Positions 9,399 through 18,113 of a DNA stretch of 41,619 nucleotides are shown one piece after another; the stretch's first letter is position 1; each line of letters starts with the position of its first letter. The stretch comes from a virus (Duplodnaviria; Caudoviricetes). The translations under genes and the position numbers were made by a program. The notes under the pieces are model-generated. The model had not been told where the DNA came from. It saw nothing but the letters and a program-made list of their open reading frames with translations, and ran no database searches. The DNA is taken from IMG/VR virus record IMGVR_UViG_3300030372_004873, positions 1-41,619 of that record; one strand, 5' to 3'.

Positions 9399-12142
9399 TA
9401 TGCTGCCTCAAATATATCAATTATTTCTGGAGTATACACCATCCCTCCTTTTTTTCTATGAGTTTTATGTGGTAATAGCATTTCTGGTGTAATCTTAATA
9501 GCATAAACATCTCCCACACCCTCTACTTTAATAGTTTTAAATTCAGAATTATTTTCTTTAGCTGCTCTTCTTAATGCTTTTTCTATAACAGATGTATAAT
9601 GTTTTGGCTTGTTAAAATTAGGATTTGTAGCTGCTGTTCCTGATTTGTCTATTGTACTAGAAACAGAATCTGGTCCTCCATAAAACTCTTCGGTACCAAT
9701 TCCTTTCATATCTGTTGTACGTTCTTCAAAAGGAATATGAGTACCTCCTTTTTGATTGTATCTTTTTATAACCTTGTTGGCAGGAGTTACCGCATACCAT
9801 GTAGCAGCATCAGGAATTTTATCTTGATATAATAGTTTTGCCGCTTTTGCTAAATCTCTTTTAATTAAGGCTTCTCCCCATTCACTTCTATTTTTAAATG
9901 GCACATTGGGATATAATTTTTTCATTGCCCCTTCACTAATTGCTGTTTGTAATTCCATTAACATTTGTTTTTCTTTTGCTGCCGCTTCGTTAGCTTTTAT
10001 CATTAATTGTTTATTAGGTCTCGTTCCCGCCGCCGCCAATTCTTCAAATACTAGTTTATTTTTAACAAACTCATCCATAAATTGTTGCATCTCTGCTGCT
10101 GATTGAAATAAAGGTCTAAACACAGTTTCATTTTCTATATAATATTTTGCTACTTCAGGATTAACATCTCTTAAATTACTATCATATCCAGCTCGAGAGA
10201 TAGCTGCACGGCGTTCGGCTTCACTTAAATCCATTATCTCACTCAAATTTGTTCTTAATTTTTCTTCAAAACGTTTTGCTTGTTGTAAAATATCCGATTG
10301 TATTTCATCCGCAAAAGTTACTATTACTTCTTGACCTTTAGTTGTTGCTTCTATGTTCTGTAGTTTTAATGCATCTTCATCAAGCTTCATTCTAAATTGT
10401 AAGATTTGTTGTTCTAAAGCTGGATCAATACTATTAAGTCTTGCCATATTATCATCTTGATTCAACACGTTTCTAACTTCTGCCATTGTTAACTCATCTA
10501 TGTTATCAATATCTACCAGCCCTTCTCGCTCTAATTTTCTAAGAGCCGATGTTTCTAACCCTTTTAACTGGTTATTTAATTTTGTTTGATTACGTTTTAA
10601 TGTTCTTATCATGGCAGGATCTACTGCTTTTTCAATCCCCTCTGCTGTCTTCTCAACAGGTAAGGTTGCTTTACGGTCCGTGAGCCGCGACCACCCGATC
10701 ACGTATTTTTCAACAAAGTCATGAGTTGATCCTGGCAATTCATCTGGGTCTAGTGGAATATCTTTTGGAGAAACATACATTACTTCTTCTCGGTATGTTC
10801 CTGGAATATGTCCACTTTCCATATGTGCATTACCATAAAGAGCGTTTTTCTCTCCTCCGTATCGTGCCTCGCCGTAAGTAACATTGTCTATTTTACGAAG
10901 AGGAGCTGCTCGAATAATCTCTAGCATATCTTCTTTAACCAACGGTGTTTTATTTTTCTTTGCGGTCTCAATATAATTTAATAATGCATTATCTTCTATT
11001 TCTGCTTTAGATACACCTCTAGTATTTAAAAAATCATATAATTGTTCTGTAGTATTAAAAACTGGTGGTGTATTAGGATCCATAAGCCGTGCCTCCACGC
11101 CCGAGTAAAATACAGCTTCAGCATCTTCTGGTGAATCAATAATAGTTTTTTTATTTTTAACTGTTGCAACTTCTGTTCCCCCCGCAGGAGTATCAATAAT
11201 ATCAATATCTTCTATTTCTGCTTTAACCTCATCTTTCGTTCCAAGTTTCTTTTTAATATTATCCATGTTCTTTTTTTCGTTTTTGGTAAATATCTGCAAA
11301 AGCATTTTAGCTTTATCAACATTCGCCGCAGCCCACATAGGAACTTTACCAAATAAACCAGCCACTTGTACTTCTTCTAATCCTTGTTTTTTTGCTTCTT
11401 CAAAAATATCTAATTCATCCATGCCCATGAATCCTGGTTGATTAATTATTTCTTTTATATCTACATCATCACCTTTCATTCCCGTCATATCAATGGAATC
11501 ACTAAACTGTCCTTCCTCTCCTGGACTACCTCCAAAAGCTAGAGGCATAGCGTTTCTATCCGAAAATAATTCTAGATCTTCCATTGTTATTTTTTCTCTT
11601 TTAGGTTTCTCTATTTCTTTTCCTGTTATTTTTAAATAAATGTTTTGAAGAACAGGAAGAGCGCCAGGACCAAACTTTTCAAAAACTTTTTTAGGTACAC
11701 CTACACCGCCTATTTCTGCGGGACCTATTAAAGCATAAAAAGTATCTTCTAAACTTTCTTCAGCAATAATATCTTTCATATCCATTCCCGCCTCTAGTTT
11801 ATCCTGTCTATTTTTGTAAACTCTAGCAGCATCTTTAAATAACCAATTCATTGCTTCAATTCCAGCTCTAGGGATAGACTGAGCTTGAGCTTCAAGTTGT
11901 TCTAAAACAGTGCCATCTTTAAATTTTTCATCCAGTTCATCTATTGTTGGAAGGCTATCTTTAAATTTTTCCATAGATAAAAAATCAAATGTTTTAGCCA
12001 ATGCTGGATTCATAAAAGCTGCAGCTTTATCAGCAGCGGAACCAATAGTTGAATCAGAGTCAAGATAAGGAACCATTTTTTCCTTATACACATTTTGTAG
12101 ATCTTCTAATTCTACACCAAATATATCCATAGGTCCTGCCAT
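9398..12142 (-). CDS. large protein of unknown function, probable virion-carried effector
   Basis: 914 aa between terL and portal; conserved-looking FYSGVE, IGWSRLTDR, FADEIQSD and PFKNRSEW motifs; C-terminal KKGGMV. Confidence 0.65.
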   Translation of the reverse strand: MAGPMDIFGVELEDLQNVYKEKMVPYLDSDSTIGSAADKAAAFMNPALAKTFDFLSMEKFKDSLPTIDELDEKFKDGTVLEQLEAQAQSIPRAGIEAMNWLFKDAARVYKNRQDKLEAGMDMKDIIAEESLEDTFYALIGPAEIGGVGVPKKVFEKFGPGALPVLQNIYLKITGKEIEKPKREKITMEDLELFSDRNAMPLAFGGSPGEEGQFSDSIDMTGMKGDDVDIKEIINQPGFMGMDELDIFEEAKKQGLEEVQVAGLFGKVPMWAAANVDKAKMLLQIFTKNEKKNMDNIKKKLGTKDEVKAEIEDIDIIDTPAGGTEVATVKNKKTIIDSPEDAEAVFYSGVEARLMDPNTPPVFNTTEQLYDFLNTRGVSKAEIEDNALLNYIETAKKNKTPLVKEDMLEIIRAAPLRKIDNVTYGEARYGGEKNALYGNAHMESGHIPGTYREEVMYVSPKDIPLDPDELPGSTHDFVEKYVIGWSRLTDRKATLPVEKTAEGIEKAVDPAMIRTLKRNQTKLNNQLKGLETSALRKLEREGLVDIDNIDELTMAEVRNVLNQDDNMARLNSIDPALEQQILQFRMKLDEDALKLQNIEATTKGQEVIVTFADEIQSDILQQAKRFEEKLRTNLSEIMDLSEAERRAAISRAGYDSNLRDVNPEVAKYYIENETVFRPLFQSAAEMQQFMDEFVKNKLVFEELAAAGTRPNKQLMIKANEAAAKEKQMLMELQTAISEGAMKKLYPNVPFKNRSEWGEALIKRDLAKAAKLLYQDKIPDAATWYAVTPANKVIKRYNQKGGTHIPFEERTTDMKGIGTEEFYGGPDSVSSTIDKSGTAATNPNFNKPKHYTSVIEKALRRAAKENNSEFKTIKVEGVGDVYAIKITPEMLLPHKTHRKKGGMVYTPEIIDIFEAA

Positions 12143-12143
12143 A

Positions 12144-13856
12144 TTAGTATTCTAACACTTCTTCGAGAGAAGCGAAACCCCCATCTTTATATCCAGTATC
12201 TAAAAATACTTCACCTTTCTTTTCAAAAGTTCCTTCTCCAGAATAATTAAAAGGATCTTTATCTATTTCTGTATTTATATAATGTAATTTTTTATTCTTT
12301 TTTCTAATAGATTTATACAATTGCAAAGGATTTTCAAAAGCCTTACCATATAATCTAAACTTACCTGTTGCCTCATCAAATATTTTACTAGGTGTTCCTA
12401 ATGTTGTCATATCTAATTTTATAGCATTAATTCTTTTTTCAAGGTTCTTGACTGTAAGTCCATCAATGGTTTTGTAAGTTTTGGAACCTCTTATCATCGG
12501 GTTTTGTTTTATCTCTTTGTACTGTTTTAAATAATCTATAAGATGCTCCTCTAATTTTATATGCATTCTATTTCTTACAAAATTAGTAAAAAACGTCGGA
12601 TAAGCTACTTGATCTACATTTGCTCGATCACCAGATCTAAACAGCTCTTCTCTTCTTATCCTCATGAGCTCATGTCCTTTTTCTAAGGTGGGTATTATTG
12701 GCTTATATTTATCATATAAAGCATTGTTATAATTTTTTATAGCTTGACCGTATTCATTTTTCCAAGCTGCAAAATAATCTTTACTAGCAGCTTCGATTCC
12801 TTCTTCTTGCATCATTCTATATTTTTCTTTTAAATCTCTTATGTTTTGTTCCAATGATTTTATCATTTTATCTTTTTCAACTAACTTATTTAACTTATCT
12901 ACTTCGTAAGCATAAGCTCCTTCACCTTGACGGTAAAAATATTCATAAGGCGCAGTAACTTTTTGTTCTAACATGTTTGTTAGATATTCTCTTTCTCGAT
13001 TCATATTTGAAATTATGCTGCTTTCGTACTGTCGTTGAAAAAAATCATTACCTGGATGCCTTATTGGAATATTCATGTCTCCCGCAAATATAGCTAATTT
13101 TTGTGATATAGGCATCGTACTGTAATTTTGCGCCATATCATCATAACTAAAAGGATTTTTTCCTGTCACAAGAAGTTCTTTTTGAACAGCTTTAGGTAAA
13201 GATTTAAACTGTTCAAAAGCGGTTTGATAATTTTCTTCAACCAAATCTATATATCTGTCAAATTGTTTTTGATTAAATTTTAAACTAGATTTTTTAGCTT
13301 TTTCTAATTTTTCTTGATATGAATCTGCAAAATTTTCTCTAAAAAATTTATAATCTAGTGGCTTACCGTTATCAATATCGTTAAATAATTCTCCAAAAGC
13401 ATCTTGTAGATTCTTGGTATTTTTGTCTAATACTTTGCTAAAACCTTCGTTTCCAGAATCATACTTAACTCTATTTATTGTAGCTAAAACACTGTCTTTT
13501 CCTTTTTCAAAATCAAGAGACACTTGAACTGTGGGAGAGGTTGCATCAACTTGTGAGATGTCATCTGCAAAAATATCTACATCTTCTACCTCTGGTTGTT
13601 TTTTAGTTAATTGTATATTTAATGGTTTGTTTGTTTGTGTCTCCAACAGTATTCTATCTCGTTGAGCTTTAGCCGCCATCAGATCTTCTGGTGACATTTT
13701 TTCTAAGTCACTACCTTTAAAAATAATACCTTTGGATATTAAATCCTCTACGTAATCCTTTACATCACCAAGAGTTTTTACACCTTCGTCAAAATATTTA
13801 TTAATTATTTTTCCTGTTTCGACCGCTCCTGTAATTCCTTTTCCTATAAAACCCAT
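12144..13856 (-). CDS. hypothetical protein
   Basis: 570 aa, coupled to the terL stop; C-terminal YKDGGFASL. Confidence 0.7.
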   Translation of the reverse strand: MGFIGKGITGAVETGKIINKYFDEGVKTLGDVKDYVEDLISKGIIFKGSDLEKMSPEDLMAAKAQRDRILLETQTNKPLNIQLTKKQPEVEDVDIFADDISQVDATSPTVQVSLDFEKGKDSVLATINRVKYDSGNEGFSKVLDKNTKNLQDAFGELFNDIDNGKPLDYKFFRENFADSYQEKLEKAKKSSLKFNQKQFDRYIDLVEENYQTAFEQFKSLPKAVQKELLVTGKNPFSYDDMAQNYSTMPISQKLAIFAGDMNIPIRHPGNDFFQRQYESSIISNMNREREYLTNMLEQKVTAPYEYFYRQGEGAYAYEVDKLNKLVEKDKMIKSLEQNIRDLKEKYRMMQEEGIEAASKDYFAAWKNEYGQAIKNYNNALYDKYKPIIPTLEKGHELMRIRREELFRSGDRANVDQVAYPTFFTNFVRNRMHIKLEEHLIDYLKQYKEIKQNPMIRGSKTYKTIDGLTVKNLEKRINAIKLDMTTLGTPSKIFDEATGKFRLYGKAFENPLQLYKSIRKKNKKLHYINTEIDKDPFNYSGEGTFEKKGEVFLDTGYKDGGFASLEEVLEY

Positions 13857-15298
13857 TAGTAATATTCCCTTGGTTCAATAAACTTAGGCTCATCCTTATA
13901 GTCCGATTCTAATTGGATGAAGTTTCCTTGTCTAAAACGCAACAACGCCTGTGTTGTTGAATCCACTAAATCGTCATGTTCACCATAAGGGAAAGCCGCA
14001 CATTCTTCAATAACTTCTTCAGCCCACCTATCTTCTGTACACCACACTTGTCCTGCTTCAAATAAAGGAGCTACCGAGTTAACACGAACGTGCTTATCAT
14101 TGCCCTTACTAGGCGTATAAGTAACTACAGGAATCCCGAGTTGTCGTAGCTCCTGCGTTAAAGGCATACCAGAAGCTTTGGCCTCAATCAAGATTGTTTC
14201 GGGTTCCCAGTATTTATATTCATCAAGAGCTATCTCCTTTAATTCAGGAAAATCCCACCTTCCCTTTCTCATCGCTAAAAGTATAAGGTTTGGTGGTTCG
14301 TGTTCCACGGGCTTAAAAACACCCCACGTTGTTATGGCACTAAAATCCGCTGTTTCTTTTTTACTAAACGCTGTGTCATAACTTTGAATAACATGTACTA
14401 AATCAGGTATATCGACCTTCGGCCATACTTTCCACCATTCTCTTTTAATAATAGAGCCCTCTTCTGACGTTGGTGCTTGTTGCCACTGCGCTTGCCATTT
14501 TTGTTCAGATAATGAGGCTTTTACTCCTTCTAGTTCTCTTAGATTCCAGAACTCAGGCCACATTGGTTTATCATTCAAGACGGCTGGAAACTCAACCACG
14601 TCCCACTGATCAGCTTTAGACTCACTTTGAGCAGCTAATAATTTACCTGTAAGATCTTTCGTACTCCATCTTGTCATGACAATAACTATGGAACCACCTG
14701 GTTGAAGTCTTTGTCGAGGACCAGAAGTATACCACTCATAGGCATTATCCATAGCCGTCTGACTTAAAGCATCTTGCTCTGAATGAGGATCATCAATAAT
14801 GAGAAGATCGGCACCACGACCAGTAATAGCACCACCCACACCCGCAGCAAAATACTCTCCACCCTTGTTAGTTGTGAAACGCCCTGCTGCTTTGGAATCT
14901 TGAGAAAGATTAACGTTAGGAAAAACATCTTTAAACTCCTGTTGATCAAATAAGTTACGAACTTTTCTACCAAAGTTATAAGATAGTTCTGCTGTGTGTG
15001 TAGTTTGAATTATTTTTAATTTAGGATTCTTACCCATCATCCAAGAAGGAAATAAATTAGATGCAAACTCAGACTTTGTATGTCTTGGTGGCATATTAAC
15101 AATTAATCGTTTTGTCTTTCCACGTGAAACTTCTTCTAATTTTTTTGCAAAAATTTTATGGTGATTCCCAGCAATAAAGTCAGGCCATACTTTTTTTACA
15201 AAAGTTAAGAAGGAGGAACGGGACTCCTCTGCCACTTTTATTTGCATTTTCCTTAATTGATATTTTAGTAAATCCGTTGGAATTTCAGTTTTATTCAT
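13856..15298 (-). CDS. terL: terminase large subunit
   Basis: Walker A variant MPPRHTKS, Walker B LLIIDDP, MTRW, and nuclease residues SYDTA...IEAKASG...HDDLVDSTTQ. Confidence 0.95.
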   Translation of the reverse strand: MNKTEIPTDLLKYQLRKMQIKVAEESRSSFLTFVKKVWPDFIAGNHHKIFAKKLEEVSRGKTKRLIVNMPPRHTKSEFASNLFPSWMMGKNPKLKIIQTTHTAELSYNFGRKVRNLFDQQEFKDVFPNVNLSQDSKAAGRFTTNKGGEYFAAGVGGAITGRGADLLIIDDPHSEQDALSQTAMDNAYEWYTSGPRQRLQPGGSIVIVMTRWSTKDLTGKLLAAQSESKADQWDVVEFPAVLNDKPMWPEFWNLRELEGVKASLSEQKWQAQWQQAPTSEEGSIIKREWWKVWPKVDIPDLVHVIQSYDTAFSKKETADFSAITTWGVFKPVEHEPPNLILLAMRKGRWDFPELKEIALDEYKYWEPETILIEAKASGMPLTQELRQLGIPVVTYTPSKGNDKHVRVNSVAPLFEAGQVWCTEDRWAEEVIEECAAFPYGEHDDLVDSTTQALLRFRQGNFIQLESDYKDEPKFIEPREYY

Positions 15299-15304
15299 AA
15301 AAAA

Positions 15305-15332
15305 GTTATATCATAGTCTGTGTTTGTGTAAA
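15305..15332 (-). promoter_or_regulatory. putative terL promoter (leaderless transcript)
   Basis: TTTACA, 16-bp spacer, TGn-extended TATAAC; the ATG begins 7 nt downstream with no SD. Confidence 0.45.
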
Positions 15333-15392
15333 ACTCAACACTTCAGACGAGCCGGAGACGAGCCACCTAATTGGTGGTGGTGGGTGTGTAAA

Positions 15393-15441
15393 ATACTACA
15401 TATGGTGGTTAGGACTTGGACCAAGTACCTAGATGTTGATT
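15393..15441. promoter_or_regulatory. tandem NrdR-box-like palindromes
   Basis: ATACTACATATGGTGG (15393-15408) and reverse-strand AATCAACATCTAGGTA (15426-15441), centres 33 bp apart. Confidence 0.4.
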
Positions 15442-15516
15442 GGGTATATCTTCCTACCATCTCAGAATCTACCAACAGCTGTGCGGAAGCGTTAGGAGCT
15501 GCGTTCTGTTGGGCAT

Positions 15517-15543
15517 AAAAAAAGGGCGGATTAACCGCCCTTT
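15517..15543 (-). terminator. intrinsic terminator
   Basis: AAAGGGCGG-ttaat-CCGCCCTTT hairpin plus U-run, after 15565..15858. Confidence 0.85.
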
Positions 15544-15564
15544 CTACCAGCCCTCGAGGGTAAT

Positions 15565-15858
15565 CTACCTGCGGGGTAGATGTTCAGCTAGTCGTTGCAT
15601 AACTTTTCTTCCCCATTCACTCACATATCGTGGTGCGTTAGGATCAAGAACAACACTTTCTACTTCACTTTCTAAAACTTTGTACAAAGCTTTCCAATTA
15701 ATATTATCAGTATGTTGAGCTTGTATTGGTTGTTCATTAGGAACAGCAACATTCGTATTGTTGGCAGTTCTTAAACCAAAAGTTTGTTCAACTACTGCTA
15801 ATCTATTTTCTATTGAATTAGAGTTAGAGTTAGAGTTAGAGTTATTATTATCTGGCAT
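15565..15858 (-). CDS. hypothetical early protein
   Basis: 97 aa with its own promoter, SD AAGGAG and terminator. Confidence 0.8.
   Translation of the reverse strand: MPDNNNSNSNSNSNSIENRLAVVEQTFGLRTANNTNVAVPNEQPIQAQHTDNINWKALYKVLESEVESVVLDPNAPRYVSEWGRKVMQRLAEHLPRR
15818..15841 (+). repeat. (TTAGAG)4 microsatellite encoding an Asn-Ser repeat
   Basis: Four exact 6-bp units in frame within 15565..15858. Confidence 0.9.
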
Positions 15859-15882
15859 TTTAATTTCTCCTTTCTAATTAAC

Positions 15883-15911
15883 TTCTTACTCCCATTTCTT
15901 TTTATAGTCAA
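15883..15911 (-). promoter_or_regulatory. sigma70-like promoter with ATGGGA box
   Basis: TTGACT-ataaaaagaaATGGGAg-TAAGAA, 17-bp spacer. Confidence 0.65.
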
Positions 15912-15960
15912 ATTCTTTTTTAGTTTTTTTCTTTTTATTTTTACACTTGACAACCCAACT

Positions 15961-16189
15961 TCCCCCCCTGTGTCCATTCCCTATCATACAGGTAGGCAAG
16001 AACTTTCTTGATGTAATGGAAATGGAACGATCACTCTGGTCCTGGTTACCTGGTCCATCCTGGATTACACTATACTAGGCAAGGCGATTCTTTTTCAATG
16101 GAATGAAAATGCAGCTGAGGGACACTGTGGGTGTAGAACATAATAACTATACTAGGCAAGGCGATTTTCCTGCAATGCAATGCAATGCA
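15961..16189 (+). repeat. repeat block A: three ~80-bp degenerate units
   Basis: Exact 21-mer ACTATACTAGGCAAGGCGATT at 16069 and 16146; AATG(G/C) doublets at 16014, 16096 and 16173. Confidence 0.8.
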
Positions 16190-16217
16190 AAAAAAAAGGC
16201 GACCGAAGTCGCCTTTT
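16189..16217 (-). terminator. intrinsic terminator (possibly bidirectional)
   Basis: AAAAGGCGAC-ttcg-GTCGCC followed by a long U-run; UUCG loop. Confidence 0.9.
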
Positions 16218-16236
16218 AGTATTGATGTTTAATTAA

Positions 16237-16650
16237 TTAAGCAGTTAATCGGAAGTCGCTGACTTCTTCAACTGTGTGCTTTTTATCTTTGTTGACTTGT
16301 CCCTCATTGATCGCCATTGCTTGTATTTGTTTATATTGCGTTGGGACTTTGCATTGATGATACGCAAGTTCGCCAAGTTTTTCTTTAACGAGTTTCGTAT
16401 CAATCTTTGCAGATAGTTTTTGGGATACATGAAGTGAGTAATCCTTTCCATGTAATAGGTTTGCATTTTCGCTAACACCCATATCTAATACGAGTTCACG
16501 ATTCACTTTAATAAAGTCATCTATGACTTTCTTTAAAGTTAAGGCTCGACCATAACTATCTATGATTTGTTGCTTTGCCCTTTTACTCATTTGAGCTTTA
16601 CTCTGATGAGCTTTTTCAAGGACTTGTAATATATTAACAGTTTTTGACAT
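16237..16650 (-). CDS. hypothetical early protein
   Basis: 137 aa with its own promoter, SD AAGGAG and terminator. Confidence 0.8.
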   Translation of the reverse strand: MSKTVNILQVLEKAHQSKAQMSKRAKQQIIDSYGRALTLKKVIDDFIKVNRELVLDMGVSENANLLHGKDYSLHVSQKLSAKIDTKLVKEKLGELAYHQCKVPTQYKQIQAMAINEGQVNKDKKHTVEEVSDFRLTA

Positions 16651-16686
16651 TTTAGTTCTCCTTTCGTCTTTCTAGTTAATACTTCT

Positions 16687-16714
16687 TATATAGTCCCATT
16701 TTATTAGAAGTCAA
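16687..16714 (-). promoter_or_regulatory. sigma70-like promoter with ATGGGA box
   Basis: TTGACT-tctaataaaATGGGAc-TATATA. Confidence 0.65.
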
Positions 16715-16740
16715 TAATTTATTTTTATTTTTTTTCCACA

Positions 16741-16890
16741 ACCTTCGCAGCAGTTACTGGGGGAATCTCTATTACTATTAGAGAGGCACGGGCGACCACT
16801 CGCAATGCAATGGAGATGCAGCTGAGCCCGGTCACGGCGTCCAGGGAACTGTTGTCCAGTCTAAGGCTAACCATAGCGATGCAAATGCAA
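16741..16890 (+). repeat. repeat block B: one to two further degenerate units
   Basis: TATTACTAT, then a G-rich stretch, CAATGCAATGG (16803) and ATGCAGCTGAG (also at 16109). Confidence 0.55.
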
Positions 16891-16978
16891 GAACCGTCAA
16901 CCCTATCACCTGATGCGGGAACAGAACAACCAAGACGATGTACACCAGGACCGCGATGCCTAACAAATGTAGAATCAT
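16832..16978 (-). CDS. small two-helix membrane protein (48 aa)
   Basis: MILHLLGIAVLVYIVLVVLFPHQVIGLTVLAFASLWLAL...; ATGA overlap with the upstream stop. Confidence 0.6.
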   Translation of the reverse strand: MILHLLGIAVLVYIVLVVLFPHQVIGLTVLAFASLWLALDWTTVPWTP

Positions 16979-17322
16979 GCGTTTGCCACCATTCCTGGCG
17001 CAGTGATCATAATCATATCCTGCATCTTCTGCCACGCAGGATCCTCTGCAGCTACGTTCACCTTCGCACCGTCAAACCAATCTAGGTACCAGTACTCGAG
17101 CCGATGGATGGAGTCATCTCGGTTAACGAATGCCCTGAGCTCATCACCAGGTCCACCCCAACTAAACTGCCAACGCCAGTAGCCTTCCTTTTGCTCCTCA
17201 AATGTGTTAGCCTCTACGTAATCAAAGCAGAGCCCGTCGAAATCTTCTTTTTGCAAATCCTTTTGCCTGTCTTTCCATTCACCTGCTACCAGGTCCTTAC
17301 ACTTCTTTTGTCTATCAGTCAT
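16975..17322 (-). CDS. conserved hypothetical phage protein
   Basis: 115 aa; GYWRWQFSWGGPGDELR and YWYLDWFDGA motifs; SD AAGGA. Confidence 0.8.
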   Translation of the reverse strand: MTDRQKKCKDLVAGEWKDRQKDLQKEDFDGLCFDYVEANTFEEQKEGYWRWQFSWGGPGDELRAFVNRDDSIHRLEYWYLDWFDGAKVNVAAEDPAWQKMQDMIMITAPGMVANA

Positions 17323-17341
17323 CTCTGTTCCTTTCTATAAT

Positions 17342-17526
17342 GGGGCATGGAAACTTCGAACGGCGCTCTGATCAACCGGCGAAGGACGAAGCTTCATTGC
17401 CAGCCCCTAAAGGGGTATAGTTGACTTTTGTGCAAGCCAACCTCAGTGCCCCTAGAGAACAAATGAATATACAAGACTAAAAAGTGCGACCCAGTATATC
17501 CACAGTCGCCAGTGTTTAGATGTTCT
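17342..17526 (-). ncRNA. structured leader or small RNA (three stem-loops)
   Basis: No ORF; follows a promoter; stems 17486-90/17505-09, 17411-15/17449-53 enclosing 17420-27/17434-41, and 17342-46/17403-07 enclosing 17350-58/17387-95; mismatches read as G-U only on the minus strand. Confidence 0.5.
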
Positions 17527-17532
17527 ACCTTA

Positions 17533-17561
17533 TATATAGTCCCATCTTATTCGATAGTCAA
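17533..17561 (-). promoter_or_regulatory. sigma70-like promoter with ATGGGA box
   Basis: TTGACT-atcgaataagATGGGAc-TATATA, 17-bp spacer. Confidence 0.7.
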
Positions 17562-17584
17562 GAGGTAATGAAGATTCTTTTTCC

Positions 17585-18113
17585 AGTAGAACTTCCTGCA
17601 GCTGGCTGCGCTCAGTATCTTACTTACTATACCAGTCCCCACGGGGCTTGGGCAATGGGCAATGGAAACCAGGAACCAGGTTCCACCAGGGTCCGGATCT
17701 CCCTACTCTACTATCATACCTAGGAATCCCTGTGATTCTGCCAATGGAAATGGAGCCATCTCCCGCAGCAGGCAGCTGAGTCCGGTCAGGATCTTCTATA
17801 TACTCCCAATAGTGGCGGAAATCTGCCAATGGACAATGGAGAACGGAACTTCTACCGGCGTACCAGCTGCAGGTTCCGGCGTCACAGCTCCTTATTACTA
17901 CTGGTTTTCGGGGAAAACCTTTGGCAATGGGCAATGGAGACAGGGACGCAGCTCCTGGTGCGCTGAGTCCCAACTAAGATGGGACTATGCGGGGGAAGGT
18001 TTCGGCAATGGGCAATGGAGAAGAACTTCTCTGACGGCATCCCAGCCTTCCGGGGCCGGGCTCATACTTATTTGCCAATTGGGGGAAGGACAATGGGCAA
18101 TGGAGCCAATGGA
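17585..18113 (+). repeat. repeat block C: six ~85-bp GC-rich degenerate units ending in CAATGG doublets
   Basis: CAATGG-x(1-2)-AATGGA at 17653, 17742, 17827, 17925, 18006 and 18091 (spacings 89, 85, 98, 81, 85). Confidence 0.85.

Noticed and set aside
829-14973. Short alternative-frame and antisense ORFs within the capsid, portal and terminase genes
   Set aside because: Shadow ORFs with no SD or motifs, unlike the nested methyltransferase frame
17360-17396. Hammerhead ribozyme core on the plus strand (CTGATCA...CGAAG)
   Set aside because: It deviates from CUGANGA/GAAA, stem II is poor, and the G-U pattern favours the minus strand
17585-18113. CRISPR or other guide-RNA array
   Set aside because: The constant part is only ~14-16 bp, degenerate and non-palindromic; unit length varies from 81 to 98 bp; the intervening sequences share composition rather than being unique; no cas-like gene is present
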